64,000 nucleotides of DNA from Haliotis rubra (taxonomy: Eukaryota): positions 62,001 through 126,000 of the forward strand of contig NW_025767173.1 of NCBI RefSeq assembly GCF_003918875.1, in the 5' to 3' direction. The first letter of the stretch is position 1. Each line of letters starts with the position of its first letter. Under the pieces are notes generated by a model. It was not told the origin of the DNA and did not search any database. It was given only the letters and a program-made list of their open reading frames with translations. Shown in pieces: positions 25,847 to 39,741 of the stretch. The translations under genes were made by a program, and so were the position numbers.

Positions 25847-26775
25847 TTTCACCGTTACTTCATTTTGAGATATATACCTCCTATGTTCACTTCGGTTTGG
25901 GCAAACAGCAGGTGCCACCAAGACCTGACAATTGATAAGAAGATGGAGCCACATGTATGATTGAGATGATTAAGATTATGCCTAGACTTTTGGTCAAGAA
26001 CTGGGCTTGTGTGTATCTGTTTTGGTATCTTATCTTAGTTTTATTACGTAAATGTGAAACTGAGAAAAATCAAGTCCCGATAACATTTGGAAATATGTAG
26101 ACACACGACCTATCCTTAATATGACAAAGATACACTTTACATTTATGTTGTAGGTGAGTTTAAACACTTTGAAAAGTGATGACGCTGAGTCTAACAGTGC
26201 AAAATCTGCAAATAAAACTTTCCTGGACGATCGAAAATATTCTCCCATGCAAGCTTGTGTCGAGTCGACAAAGCCCATTGTCGAATATACAGAACACATG
26301 AACTCAGCTTGCACTGGGTCACAATCGACCACTAGTGGATTCTCCTTTAGCACTATTTAAACGCCTACCAAATATTTCGTCACAGCTTTTAACCAGTTAG
26401 TTTGCACATTCCTTTTGCGTGTTTGTGTTCTGTTGTCTCACTTAATTTTGTAAAAGTAACATTAATAAGCTTGTGTGTTCTAGATGCAAGTCCTTGCTAC
26501 AACAGTAGACTGTAAATGCTGTAAGAACCATATTGCTCCCTCTTCCATAGCTACATGCTGTTTGCAGGCTAGTTTGTAATTAATTTGACTACATACTGAC
26601 GACACATGCAAACGCCAGACAAGTATTATTCGTAAATCGTTATGCAGTAAATCGTACTTCTACTTTTAGTCAAAGTAACCCTACATGACACCAAAGGGGA
26701 TGTATCGGATGTATGGGATGTATCGTCAATATTGTACACACTGTAGTACCAAATTCTCATTCTGCGAGTGCAGTA

Positions 26776-27951
26776 AGCATGCAACTTATCCAAGCATTTC
26801 AAACTGATTTGTTATTGTGTGTGCTGTTTCTCAGGACGGGATTGATGTATTAAGATTTGTTCATTGTACATCAATAAATAACACACATTTCCAAAGATGT
26901 TTGGAGAAGCGGCAATTCACTAATGATATGTATAACCGTCTCCTGTCTTCATGTCAGTCTAGCTGGCCTAAATTGATGATTACAACATGCAAAGTCTCGA
27001 TTATTCTCCGAAACAAGTATGCCTATAATGCAAAATCAAGGTGAACATATAGGAACGGATCACTGAAAATCCGTAATGACACCAGGTGTTCGCCCCAAAA
27101 AGGAAGCATGTAGTTTCTGTCCCTCACTCAGACCATCTGCGTCGAATGAAAGTCTTTCTTGCCTGACCCATCCCAGCAGTACCGTCATGAGATGGCAGTC
27201 TGTAACAAATCTGGAGATCTAAATATGTTCGTGTTGCAACGCTGTCCATCAGTCAGGGTTCTTTTTGTGTTTTTTATTGTTGTTGTTTTTTTGTCCAACT
27301 GAATGATCTACAAATGTTACCTGAAGATCACTTAATCACCACACTTTAGCCATGTATTCAATGAGCATGCAACTTATCCAAGCATTTCAAACTGATTTGT
27401 TATTGTGTGTGCTGTTTCTCAGGACGGGATTGATGTATTAAGATTTGTTCATTGTACATCAATAAATAACACACATTTCCAAAGATGTTTGGAGAAGCGG
27501 CAATTCACTAATGATATGTATAACCGTCTCCTGTCTTCATGTCAGTCTAGCTGGCCTAAATTGATGATTACAACATGCAAAGTCTCGATTATTCTCCGAA
27601 ACAAGTATGCCTATAATGCAAAATCAAGGTGAACATATAGGAACGGATCACTGAAAATCCGTAATGACACCAGGTGTTCGCCCCAAAAAGGAAGCATGTA
27701 GTTTCTGTCCCTCACTCAGACCATCTGCGTCGAATGAAAGTCTTTCTTGCCTGACCCATCCCAGCAGTACCGTCATGAGATGGCAGTCTGTAACAAATCT
27801 GGAGATCTAAATATGTTCGTGTTGCAACGCTGTCCATCAGTCAGGGTTCTTTTTGTGTTTTTTATTGTTGTTGTTTTTTTGTCCAACTGAATGATCTACA
27901 AATGTTACCTGAAGATCACTTAATCACCACACTTTAGCCATGTATTCAATG
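26776..27951 (+). repeat. 588-bp tandem duplication, apparently identical units
   Basis: 26776..27363 equals 27364..27951 by eye; identical ORF translations 588 bp apart; AGCA microhomology at the junctions. Confidence 0.95.
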
Positions 27952-28628
27952 AGCACCGAACACACGGTAGCGAAGTAAAAGTACGTGGTAATATACTTTC
28001 AAACGTCAGCCCTTGCCTTCGTTGGGAGTGAATTCGAACAAGGCGTTCAATGTATAAACAAATGTTAAATATGTGTTGACGATGTGGAGCTTTACTGGTG
28101 ATAAGACGCGTTGGTGCAGGGGGTTGAGTTGAAGAATCATTTAGGCAACAGCTTAACTGTCGCATAGCCATGATCTTCCTGGTCTAAGGATGCAAAAGTA
28201 ACTCTATTCCACATATCTTGTAAAGAGGTGATTTTAAACTTAAAACGTGTAACCCTAAGATCGGTTCGTACCATGCTACAGTGTGAGAGCATAAGAAAGC
28301 CTCCTTTTGGAGCAGTTTATTCCATATTATATGAACTTAAGAACCTTCTAAACCTTCCAACCATTTATTCAAACACATACTGTTGTATTTGCACAGTGTG
28401 AAGTCGTTTCAGGGATGAATATAACTGTATAATTAAATAACCCTGTGTTGTGTTTCCTGTCTAATTCCACTCGGGGAAACATGTAGATTAACTGAAACTT
28501 GTAAATAGAAGTTAGTAATAGAGGATGTTATCAAAATTAAGATATTTCAAAGGCCACCTAACGCGTCTACATTCCAAAAGACAACCATCATGGCAGTTTG
28601 TAAACATTTTATTACAATTTTCAGATGG

Positions 28629-31600
28629 CTATCCGACAATGGTACCGTGGCCTTGTGATTGACATGCCGCGATGTTGGCGTCAGGGATGACGATGAAGCC
28701 GAATGAGTTTCCGGGTACTTTCATTGTCCCACTTCCAACAGATCTTGGCATCATGTGTGGTATTTGGTTATTGACAAGTTCCAGAGTGTTGCCATTGAGT
28801 TGGACTTTTCTGGAAAGAATATAAAACCTGGTTGGTCTGCTTATTCTTCTTGATCATCTGTGGATCCAACAGATGTCCTGCAACTATAGCATGTGTGAAC
28901 AAGTTTGTCGTAGAATGATGACAATTGTTATGGATATACAACTTCTTTTATTCTGTGAAAGGCGTTGTCGTTGTCATCACTTGCTTGACAACGGCATCTA
29001 TGTCGAAACTTCACCCTTCACAGAATAAAAAAGTTGTATATCTATAACAATTGTCATCATTCTTTATCAACTCAACTTCTAAAATGTCCATCAAAGAAGA
29101 AAGTTTGTCGTAGGTCATTTTACAGATTCTTGCGTCAAGAGTTGCTTTTGAGGCAAATGCCTCTCAACTTTATCCTCATTATTTAAACCGGTTGTTGATG
29201 GCTTTGCAACACGGACACAGTCCATAAGCTCTAGAGTTGAAAGAAAACATATGATATACAAACGTTGACGTAAGGTTTCCTCCCTCCGGAGTCAGCCAGA
29301 ATCTGTCCATGCTATTGATGTTCAGATCCGATATAGTCAGGAGTACGGGGTCTTTATTCAAGTTGAGGGCATACACTGTGATGCTTCCAGGCTTGTAGTT
29401 ATATACGCTGAAACATGAAAAGTGATGTCAATATGTAGGATTATTAGTATTACTTTCCTTGAAACCTAGTCAATTCATTCATTTTTGAAAATATCATATG
29501 AATGACTTGTAAGGGCATGATGTCATAATGATTTAAGTGACGTCATTTGTTTTGATGACGTCACATAGTTGCTAGCTATGCAAAGATCCAGATGCCACCC
29601 ACGGGAATCTCACATATAGGCATTACATCTCTGTAACGTCTTAAGTCGAATTCGATATTTATGATACGTACCAATCAGACCAAAACATTCCTTCCTGAAA
29701 ATCACGGACACTCAGCTGTTGTTCTGCCAGTACCTGGCATAGCTCTAAAATGATTCAAATTGCAATGACTGTGTGTATATTTGGACTTTGATAAAATGCT
29801 TTCTCAAGGTGATTAATGGTAATCTATGACCAAACTGTTGTGCAGTGTGCATTGTTGGGAAATGTTGACCAGGTTGTGAATACAGTTTATATTGTGAACT
29901 CACTTGTTAAGCTTCGTACAATGGGCATATAGTCGGATGTTGTCCGATGAGGATGGAACATCAAATACTTTGTTGCCAACAAGTCTCTTGTAAAGAAGCG
30001 TCAACCAATAGTCCTGGTAAATGAAATCATGGTGTCATTACACGATATTGTTTAGTGCAACCCATGCTTGTCGTAAGAGGCAAATCATTAGATCGGGTGG
30101 TCAGCCTCGCTGACATGGCTGACACATGTTATCGTAGTCCAATAGTGCTGATCGATGTTCATCATGTCAGTCACTGGATAGTCTGGTCCAGATTCGGTAA
30201 TTTACTACATTTCATACAGCTGGTATATCGCTGGGTGTAGCAACAACATACAGCACAAACAAACAAAACGAATGTAGTTGATGTCGCGATGGTCGAAACA
30301 GGATGATCCATGAGAGACTACCTCGAAGGCCTTGGTCACTACATACGGCCTATAAGCACAAGGTACTGTTCACCTATCATGATATGGAATTCCGTCATAA
30401 TGAGTAAGTGAGTGAGTGAATATGGTTTTACGCCGCTTTTAGCAATATTCCAGCAATATCACGGTGGGGAAGACCAGAAATGGGATTCACACATTGTATG
30501 TATGTGGGGAATCGAACCCGAGTCTTCGGCGTGACGAGCGAACGCTTTAACCACTAGGCTACCTAAACGCCCCTCCGACATAATGACATTTTGTAGCTGT
30601 TAATATGACATGATAATATATTAACGTAACATGCGTTCACGCACGGGAGTAGGGTCGCTGTTGTCATCAAGAAGTGAGTGATGCCCTCCGAAGAATGACT
30701 GACGCATGACCCTTTTTATACCATATTTTGCTGACACTCCCAGTTTATCAAGCCACCTAAGAATTTGAACAAATTCACAGTATTAGATTAATAATCCTTT
30801 CTTAACAAACCATGTATAGAAAAGAAGAAAACAGTTGGACGATAATTGTGGCACAGACACCGAAGACGTCATCATCAATGGTATATCCTACCCGCGTAAA
30901 CTTTTACAGAACAATGTCTTAAAGTTGAATCCCAATATTTTCAAAATAGTCCTGGTGTTTCTGCAGAACTGAACGCATCAGTAATCACCATCTAAGAAAT
31001 ATTTATTAGCAATCGAATTCTAAATCAACATATGCTGGCCCTTCATTCAAGGCGTTCTACTTGACGTTCCCACGTTGCTTTCTACTTCTGATTACAGGCT
31101 CTTCTTATAAACAAATCTACTCTGAGCATGAAACTGTTTGAAAAGAAAACGTTAAACAAACACCCTTTGAATAGCTAAAATACTCACAGATTGCCTGCCA
31201 CATATCTATTGCCAATGCCAGGAGTGCCGCCTCCATAGCCAGAAGAAGTTTCCCCTAGCCACGCCACCAGGCCATGATAGCTTCGCACCATACCCACCAC
31301 TGTTTGAACTTCGGATATAAGACGGTCCATTATAGAGTGGTCAGAAAAGTCTTCGAGTTTCGCTGTGTTTCCATTAAAGTAGTAACTGAAAAGAATAAAA
31401 TCTAACACAAAACGTCCTAACCGTATTAAGGTACACGCAACAACCAGCCAAACAATCGTTCCTTTCTATTTTTGTTCCTCTTATTATTTTGTATATATTC
31501 CTGTTATTGAAGTGTGTTACACAAAGTGATTGGTGATCTACTCATTTCTGTTCGGCGTCCACTATAAGCATCAGTTACCATCCCGCTGCTACTATATATC

Positions 31601-34600
31601 CATTATTCGGCAAATATGTCTTCGCTGTAATCCACGGTTGCTGCTGGAGTGAGTATGGTTTTGCGCCGCTTTTAGCAATATTCCAGCAATATCGCAGAGA
31701 GGGACACTAGAAATGGGCTTCACACATTATACCAAGTAGGGAATCAAACCCGGGTCTTCAGCGGGACGAACGGATGCTTTAATTTGGCTACCCCAAGACC
31801 CGATGCTACTGGATCATCCATAATGACATGAATGATTCATTGACGTCCACGTCCCTGATACCCTGCCACCCAAGGACGATACTCACTGATGGACGGTCAG
31901 GACGTCTACGGCACTGGCTCCGCCATCGGTCAGGAAGCTGGAATTGCATGATCACATTTGACAAGAGGGTATCGAGGAAGGTATCACTTGCATTTACCAC
32001 ATTCGTGTTTGTGGAAACCGTTTATCTGATGTGTGAAAAGATAAAAGCTACCGAATGGTTTAACGCCGCTTGGAATAATGAGGAACGACAGATGGGACAC
32101 AGGTTTCAGGCGTTTAAGCTGGGGCAAGGTAAATCCAAACCTCAAGGATGCAACTCAAGGGATTGACACACTCGTGCTCCCATGTCAGTTATTGAATGAA
32201 TGCTTTAGATTTGACACAAAGGGTGAGACTAACATACCATAGTAAGCACAGAGGTGGTTCAGTTTGTAAAACAACATTCTAGCACTGGGGCTATCAGCAC
32301 CATACTCCCAAGTGTAGCGTATGAAATGTGTATTTAATGCATACTTGTTTAAAAACTTGTCTTCATAACTGGCCACGTCAGGTCCGAGGATTAGACTAGA
32401 CTTATAGGCCGTTCCTTGGAGGACTTGTTTTAACTCTTTGAAGTCACTGGCCAGTTGCGCTTCACTGACAGTTGTATTCCATTGTCGGTAATAAAAGTTT
32501 GGTGCTTCATGGACAAAACATACGACGGTAATTATGCATTACGAATAACAAGGGATCCTGTCTACACACAGAGTATGGTACATCAAGGAGAAGGGAACTA
32601 ATATACAAATTATATTCATATCATTCTTAATGTTTTAAGGGTGTTGCATTCAATGTTAGTGTGAAAAGACGCAGATAATTCAGTAATAATACGATGTGAC
32701 CGTCTATTGTTTAACGCCCAAATAGGATACGTGGCACGTATGAACGAAATTATCCAGCCTGATTACGTATCTTTTTCTTGTTGTGGACCTGTTCTGTGCG
32801 GATTCCAAACAACTATATTTCAATTTTTTTAAATTATCTGTGATAGATGTGACATATATATGGCTTCAAACCTACCATTTCCCAGTTCAATCCCGGCAAA
32901 AGGATACCCTTTGTCAGAGGAATATTTGAGCAACAGCTTAGCATTTGATGGGTTCCACTTTGTTCCGTCACGGAGCATTAGGTTAAGACCAATCACCAGT
33001 TTGAGTCCAATCTTTTGAACAAACATGTTGAGATCATCCCAGGTCGTTGCTGAAAATATATGTTTCGGATTTGCATCTGTCTAAAACTATATGGTTTCAT
33101 ATATGTTAAAACAATGAGGCCAACCAAACAATGCATTTTGAAGCGTGGCGGATTTGAATCAAGAAATCCGTCGACAAATGTCAGGATTGTTGAATTTTGG
33201 GAACGTAGTCATGTTCCTATCTAGACATATGACAGTCCTCACTAGTAATGGTCGGAAGACGGGGTTTCCAGACGTTGGCCCAGTTTTATGGAATGATGCT
33301 ACATGTATTCCAAACTATTGTCCGATCTGGACTTGTTTGTATCAGCACAGTAGTCGGTAGTGGATTGAATTAAAGTTGTATATATTTGTTTATTGTTGTT
33401 CATTTTGGAAGATATAACTATCCTATCCAGCTATCACCTCGGAGCTGGAACTGCTGTCCAGTAGCAATGTCGTGAGTCGGGTCGAACACCATGTAGTCCC
33501 CTGATGTGCCCCCGACTCTCAGATACCCGGGTGCTAAAGCTTTTCCAAGGGCCAGCAGTTTGGGAGAGCTGTTGATAAAAACATATTTTTAGGCTCAACA
33601 AAATGCACTGGTAGTCAAATTACTGTCCTCAAGTGATTTGGAGTTTACACCCACATAGCAATTACTTGCAGCGTTTTGGAGCAACGAGGGGGTGAAACTT
33701 GCTATTTGATCATTGAGCGGTCAATGATAAAGCTGGACAGAAAGGCAATCAATGAGAAAAAGCATGACTTCACTTAAATATTGTGTACATTTCATTTGTT
33801 TTAGCTATTCAGGAAACCTAGACCCAAAAATGAAAGCAAACGTCATGAATTAAAACCCAATATTTGAAATGACTGGTTCCCTTGTTCATAATATCTATAT
33901 TGAATTTGGAAGTGGAATTCGTTAGTAAGCAGTGTACTTAGTGTTTTTCCCTTGTGGCTGATCTGTTTCATTATACACATGAATCGAAATTCTCCTCGTA
34001 ATTTACCACGTAATTTACCACGTAAATCAACCGCCTAACCCGCTCAGCTAACGCGACTTCCACAAAAATGGAAGTTGGACAACTGGTAGTCTAGGCTGCG
34101 GCCTTTGTGTACCCCTCTGATAAGTGTTAATTGGCACGGCTCCCACGGATTTACCACTGATTTACCAAAGTGAACTAGAAATCGAGGAGACCAGTTGGAC
34201 ATCCTCATCTCTATCACTTTTAGATCTTTGCATAAGATTCATTGTGACAAAACACTCTAAAGAAAACTCAAGCTATGTAAAGAAAGTGATTCTTGTGTAT
34301 TTGTGTTGTTGTGGATATGTAACCGATCTATTTGGATCTATAACCTAATTATCTGGATCTATAACCTATCTATGTGATTCATAACCTATCTATTTGGACC
34401 TATAAGCTATTTATCTGGATCCATAACCTATCTATGTGGATTCATAACCTAGCTATGTGGATCCATAACGTATCTATATGGATCCATAACCTATCTATGT
34501 GGATCCATAACCTAATCCATAACCTATCTATGTGATCCATAACCTATCTATGTGGATCCATAACCTATCTATGTTGATCTATAACCTATCTATGTGGATA

Positions 34601-37433
34601 AATAAACTATCTATATGGATCTATAACCTATCTATATGGATCCATAACCTATCTATGTAGATCCATAACCTATTTATGTGGATCCATAACCTATCTATGT
34701 GGATCCATAACCTATCTATGTGATCCATAACCTATCTATGTGGATCCATAACCTATCTATGTTGATCTATAACCTATCTATGTGGATCAATAACTTATCT
34801 ATATGGATCTATAACGTATGTATGTGGATCCATAATCTATCTATGTGATCCATAATCTATCTATGTGGATCTATAACCTATCTATGTGGATCCATAACCT
34901 ATTTATATGGATCCATAACCTATCTATGTGGACCATAACCTATCTATGTGGATCCATAACCTATCTATATGGATCCATAACCTTATGTGATCCATAACGT
35001 ATCTCTATGGATCCATAGCCTATCAATATAGATCTGTAACCTATCTATGTGGATCTATAACCTATGTATGTAGATCCATAAACTATCTATATGGATCCAT
35101 AACTTATCCATGTGGATCCATAACCTATCGATGTAGATCCATAATCTATCTATTTGGACCTATAAGCTATTTATCTGGATCCATAACCTATCTATGTGGA
35201 TCCATAACCTAGCTATGTGGATCCATAACCTATCTATGTGGATCCATAACCTATCTATGTGGATCCATAACCTATCTATGTGGATCCATAACCTGTCTAT
35301 GTGATCCATAACCTATCTATGTGGATCCATAACCTATCTATGTTGATCTATAACCTATCTGTATGGATAAATAACTTATCTATATGGATCTATAACCTAT
35401 GTATGTGGATCCATAATCTATCTATGTGATCCATAACCTATCTATATGGATCTATAACCTATCTATATGGATCCATAACCTATCTATGTGGATCCATAAC
35501 CTATCTATGTGGATCCATAACCTATCTATGTAATCCATAACCTATCTATGTGGATCCATAACCTATCTATGTTGATCTATAACCTATCTATATGGATCAA
35601 TAACTTATCTATATGGATCTATAACCTATGTATGTGGATCCATAATCTATCTGTGTGATCCATAATCTATGTGGATCCATAACCTATCTATGTGGATCCA
35701 TAACCTATCTATATGGATCCATAACTTATCTATGTGGACCCATAACCTATCTATATGGATCCATAACCTTATGCGATCCATAACGTATCTCTATGGATCC
35801 ATAGCCTATCAATATAGATCTATAACCTATCTATGTGGATCTATAACCTATGTGTGTGGGTCCATAACCTATCTATATGGATCCATAACCTATCCATTTG
35901 GATCCATAACCTATCTATGTAGATCCATAACCTATCTATGTGGATCTATAACCTATCTATGTGGATCCATAATCTATCTATGTGGATCTATAACCTATGT
36001 ATGTGGGTCCATAACCTATCTATATGGATCCATAACCTATCCATGTGGATCCATAACCTATCGATGTAGATCCATAACCTATCTATGAGGATCTATAACC
36101 TATCTATGTGGATCTATAACCTATGTATGTGGGTCCATAACCTATCTATATGGATCCATAACCTATCCATGTGGATCCATAACCTATCTATGTAGATCCA
36201 TAACCTATCTATGTGGATCTATAACCTATCTATGTGGATCCATAATCTATCTATGTGGATCTATAACCTATGTATGTGGGTCCATAACCTATCTATATGG
36301 ATCCATAACCTATCCATGTGGATCCATAACCTATCGATGTAGATCCATAACCTATCTATGTGGATCCATAACCTATCTATGTGGATCCATAACCTATCTA
36401 TGTGGATCCATAACCTATCTATGTGGATCCATAACCTATCAATGTGGATCCATAACCTATCGATGTGGATCCATAACCTATCTATGTTGATCTATAACCT
36501 ATCTATGTGGATAAATAAACTATCTATATGGATCTATAACCTATCTATATGGATCCATAACCTATCTATGTAGATCCATAACCTATTTATGTGGATCCAT
36601 AACCTATCTATGTAGATCCATAACCTATCTATGTGGATCTATAACCTATCTATGTGGATCCATAATCTATCTATGTGGATCTATAACCTATGTATGTGGG
36701 TCCATAACCTATCTATATGGATCCATAACCTATCCATGTGGATCCATAACCTATCGATGTAGATCCATAACCTATCTATGTGGATCTATAACCTATCTAT
36801 ATGGATCCATAACCTATCTATGTGGATCCATAACCTATCAATGTGGATCCATAACCTATCGATGTGGATCCATAACCTATTGATGTGGATCTATAACCAG
36901 AATGATGACTTCGGTTTTTCGCTTTTTGTCTAGCAACATTTTATCAGTTCTAACCTTTGGTGTCTAAATTTCACAACTTTAGTGTTCAGTAGAGCAGTCT
37001 CTTTCAAAGACCGCCAAAAGTTTTAGGGTAGGCGTGTAGAGAAGGTCACTAAAGTTCACATATAACTGACAAAAATTATGTTAGTCATCGCATTTTGTCG
37101 CATTTTGTTAATATGGATTCTATTGACCCTAAAATATATGTTCAATCATTTCCACCCATCAACAGGACCTGCCCACAACCCCATCTATCAAGTAACGTAA
37201 TCTATGTAACAGAATGAACAGACATGTTTGCACAGATGTTATGCCTACCTTACATTGTGAAACTTCAGATTGTACCTCAGCCGTCCGCTGTCAATGTTAA
37301 CCCCGACAAACATGTCATCTATCACATGCAACACGTGGTTAGTTTTTACTCTGATATGTTCGGTGTGCAGGGACACAGTAAACGGCTGTATCCAAGCCAG
37401 TCCAAATAAACACAAGAACATATCCATGGTCAT
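28629..37433 (-). CDS. HPSE: Heparanase-like GH79, copy B (10 exons, 481 aa), acid/base Glu replaced by Ala
   Basis: Exons 37433-37249, 33568-33438, 33049-32876, 32504-32345, 31937-31887, 31385-31188, 30756-30645, 30013-29904, 29407-29264, 28809-28629. Exons 2-10 have the same sizes and phases as copy A; no stops seen. The junction reads ELGN-A-PN. Confidence 0.92.
28914..29100. mobile_element. Short foldback insertion, possibly a Penelope-like element end with an inverted 5' fragment
   Basis: About 50-bp inverted arms (28912-28962 / 29014-29063), flanked by a 13-bp direct repeat aagtttgtcgtag. Related sequence at 47515..47650. Confidence 0.6.
30058..30250 (+). mobile_element. SINE family B (diverged)
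   Basis: cccatgcttgtcgtaagaggc...gatcgggtggtcag...cactggatagtctggtccaga. Confidence 0.75.
30408..30573 (-). mobile_element. SINE family A
   Basis: Reverse complement match to 20656..20827. Confidence 0.85.
31648..31795 (-). mobile_element. SINE family A
   Basis: Reverse complement match to 20656..20827. Confidence 0.8.
34155..34235 (+). mobile_element. Penelope-like reverse transcriptase fragment
   Basis: [25 protein letters not shown] resembles the IYPxELEIKxTT..SASYLDL motif of Penelope-type RTs. Confidence 0.45.
34310..36898. repeat. 21-bp minisatellite (gtggatccataacctatctat)n, about 120 units, in intron 1 of heparanase copy B
   Basis: Directly visible tandem array with recurring variant units. 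Confidence 0.97.
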
Positions 37434-39741
37434 GTTAACTGTTTCCCTGTTGTAGGAGGGTAAAGTGCCCTTCTTCTGTGGTGCCGAAAGATAGCAGGTG
37501 CTACCAAGCCTTGGCAATAGATAAGGCAGTCCAGATGCGTGTGTTTCACAACTTCCATGAATTCTAATGCATATATGTATTTCAATGCCTTCTAGTGTTT
37601 TATTTGCTATCTAACTACCACCTAGATATCATGTTTCTTAGTTTCAAGGATCGGCTTTATTAATGCTAAGTTTGACTTCCTGCTTGTATTACCATGTCAT
37701 CTTTAAAATGGAAACCTATTTTCTAAACACATGCCATGCACCTTTGGATTTTATTTCAAAATACAGCCTGATAGCATGTTGTATATTGGAATAAACAAGC
37801 ACTTTAAACAGATAACATCAAGACAAATTTGTGAATAATAGAAATGAAAGCTACAAGACCCTTTCAATTCCTATACAGGTAATAAGTTGGGAGGTAATAC
37901 AATGGTCGGTTAGTGAAAATGGCACTTGCAAAAATAACTGTCCTGGACATGGTCAGATCTGTCTTAAGGGTTGGCCATAAAGACACATGGAAAGATGGTA
38001 TGTTTCAAAAAGAGACAGTGTTCACGTAGATATGTTTCCTGTCCATGTCCCTGAAGTGACTGTTTTCCTCTGTGTAACATGACAAACTATTACACATGGA
38101 TCTGCAGAATAATATCATATGTGTTCCGCACCTTGACGATATATGGGATATGACAGTCTATTAGAAATGTACCTATCCAGACACTTTTGAGGTATCTGTG
38201 AATGAGTGCATGGTGTAATTTATTATGAGACCCTGTCCAGCTGTACATATTGTAACTATGTGTGAGATATCAATGTATATGTGTCTATAAAATAAAGGAC
38301 CATTAACCTACATGTGTGCAGACCATAAAGCGTACTCCACTATCCGTAGATGGTGGATTTAAAACCCAGTGCAAAAGCCAGTGACTGATGTAATGAAGAC
38401 TGATCCACGCCGTCCGATGACAATGCCATTGTTTGCATTTCATGCAATTTCAACAACATGTAATGTTCTTTAAGTTTCAGAGCAACTGAGAAATATGGAC
38501 GGCGTGTTGTTCGATATGAGGGGAACGCCATGATTGGAATAACTATGTCTATGCATAAATTAAATGAGGATTTGACACTTGATATGTTTTTCTTGTTGTT
38601 TCTCAGATGTCCAACCTGACGGATTAATCGAAGGGTTTTCTTAATATTGACATTGTTTATCAAAATAAATGAGGTCATATGGACATCTCAGTTTTTAACC
38701 TTTTGGCAACGTGTCTTTTCTTTGATTAACAAAACGGAGTAAACAATTTAATCATATTCATATGCGAAACAGGACACAAATAGTACCCATGGGGATACTG
38801 CCTACTTGTCTAGGTATTCTACTCCCAGCTTTGAACAAGACATCCAGCAATTACCCATGAAGGTATCGGAATATTGAGATATTAATGTTATCAACACACC
38901 CATTACATAACATGGTAAAATAAAACAAAGGTCCCACAGATTAGAGATTTACTTTCTGCTTTAACTTTTGCCTGGACATTGCTTTACTGTCATTTACATC
39001 CATGGAATTTGTCAATATCAGCATGTGTAATTCGAACTTGTGTTTTATGTTCCCCAAAAACTGATTAGACCTAGTATTTGTTTAAAGGTTTTGTTAGTAC
39101 ATTGCTGGAAACTGCAATGTAGGCGTATGTAAGTCCATGCTCATGAGCTGAGAAATCCATCATGCTAGTTCATGTGTAAATGAAATGTGTGATTTATTAT
39201 GCCAGAAAAATGTTCTTTTGCTGAAAGCTGTCTGTATTCCAAACTGCTCAATGAACGTCAACCTATTCTTAAAGGGCCTGTACTGTATGTAATGTTACAC
39301 ACAAGTTCAGCCCAGAATATACGCCCGAAGATTACTGTGACAGTATTAAGGTATCCTATCGTTCACTCACACATACAAACTCAGATGTCCCATAATCTCT
39401 ATTCAGATTGGTCAATGCATTACCCGGCGTTGTCGAACTTCCTGGTTTAATACTGACGCATATATCACAATGGCGTTATAAATAACATTCATAGAGATGA
39501 ATAGCAACCTTCCTGCCACTTAGCTATGTTGACGTAAAGATCCATGCAAACAGTTATGTATGCGTTCCGAACGAAGGAGTTATAATCACACGCCTTTTCG
39601 TCCTATATATGCTGTCAAGGCGACACATACACAGATGCATGTGTATACAAGTACTTTTGACATACGCAGATGTATGAAACTGGCACACGTTGACGTGTAG
39701 ACCCCGACACATATGGACACAACTGACTTTAACATATACAG

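Noticed and set aside
26030-26360. 107-aa and 68-aa overlapping ORFs upstream of heparanase A
   Set aside because: No recognisable motif and no counterpart upstream of copy B.
34310-36898. CRISPR-like or coding repeat (MWIHNLS)n
   Set aside because: Head-to-tail tandem units without unique spacers, in a eukaryotic intron, with no cas genes.
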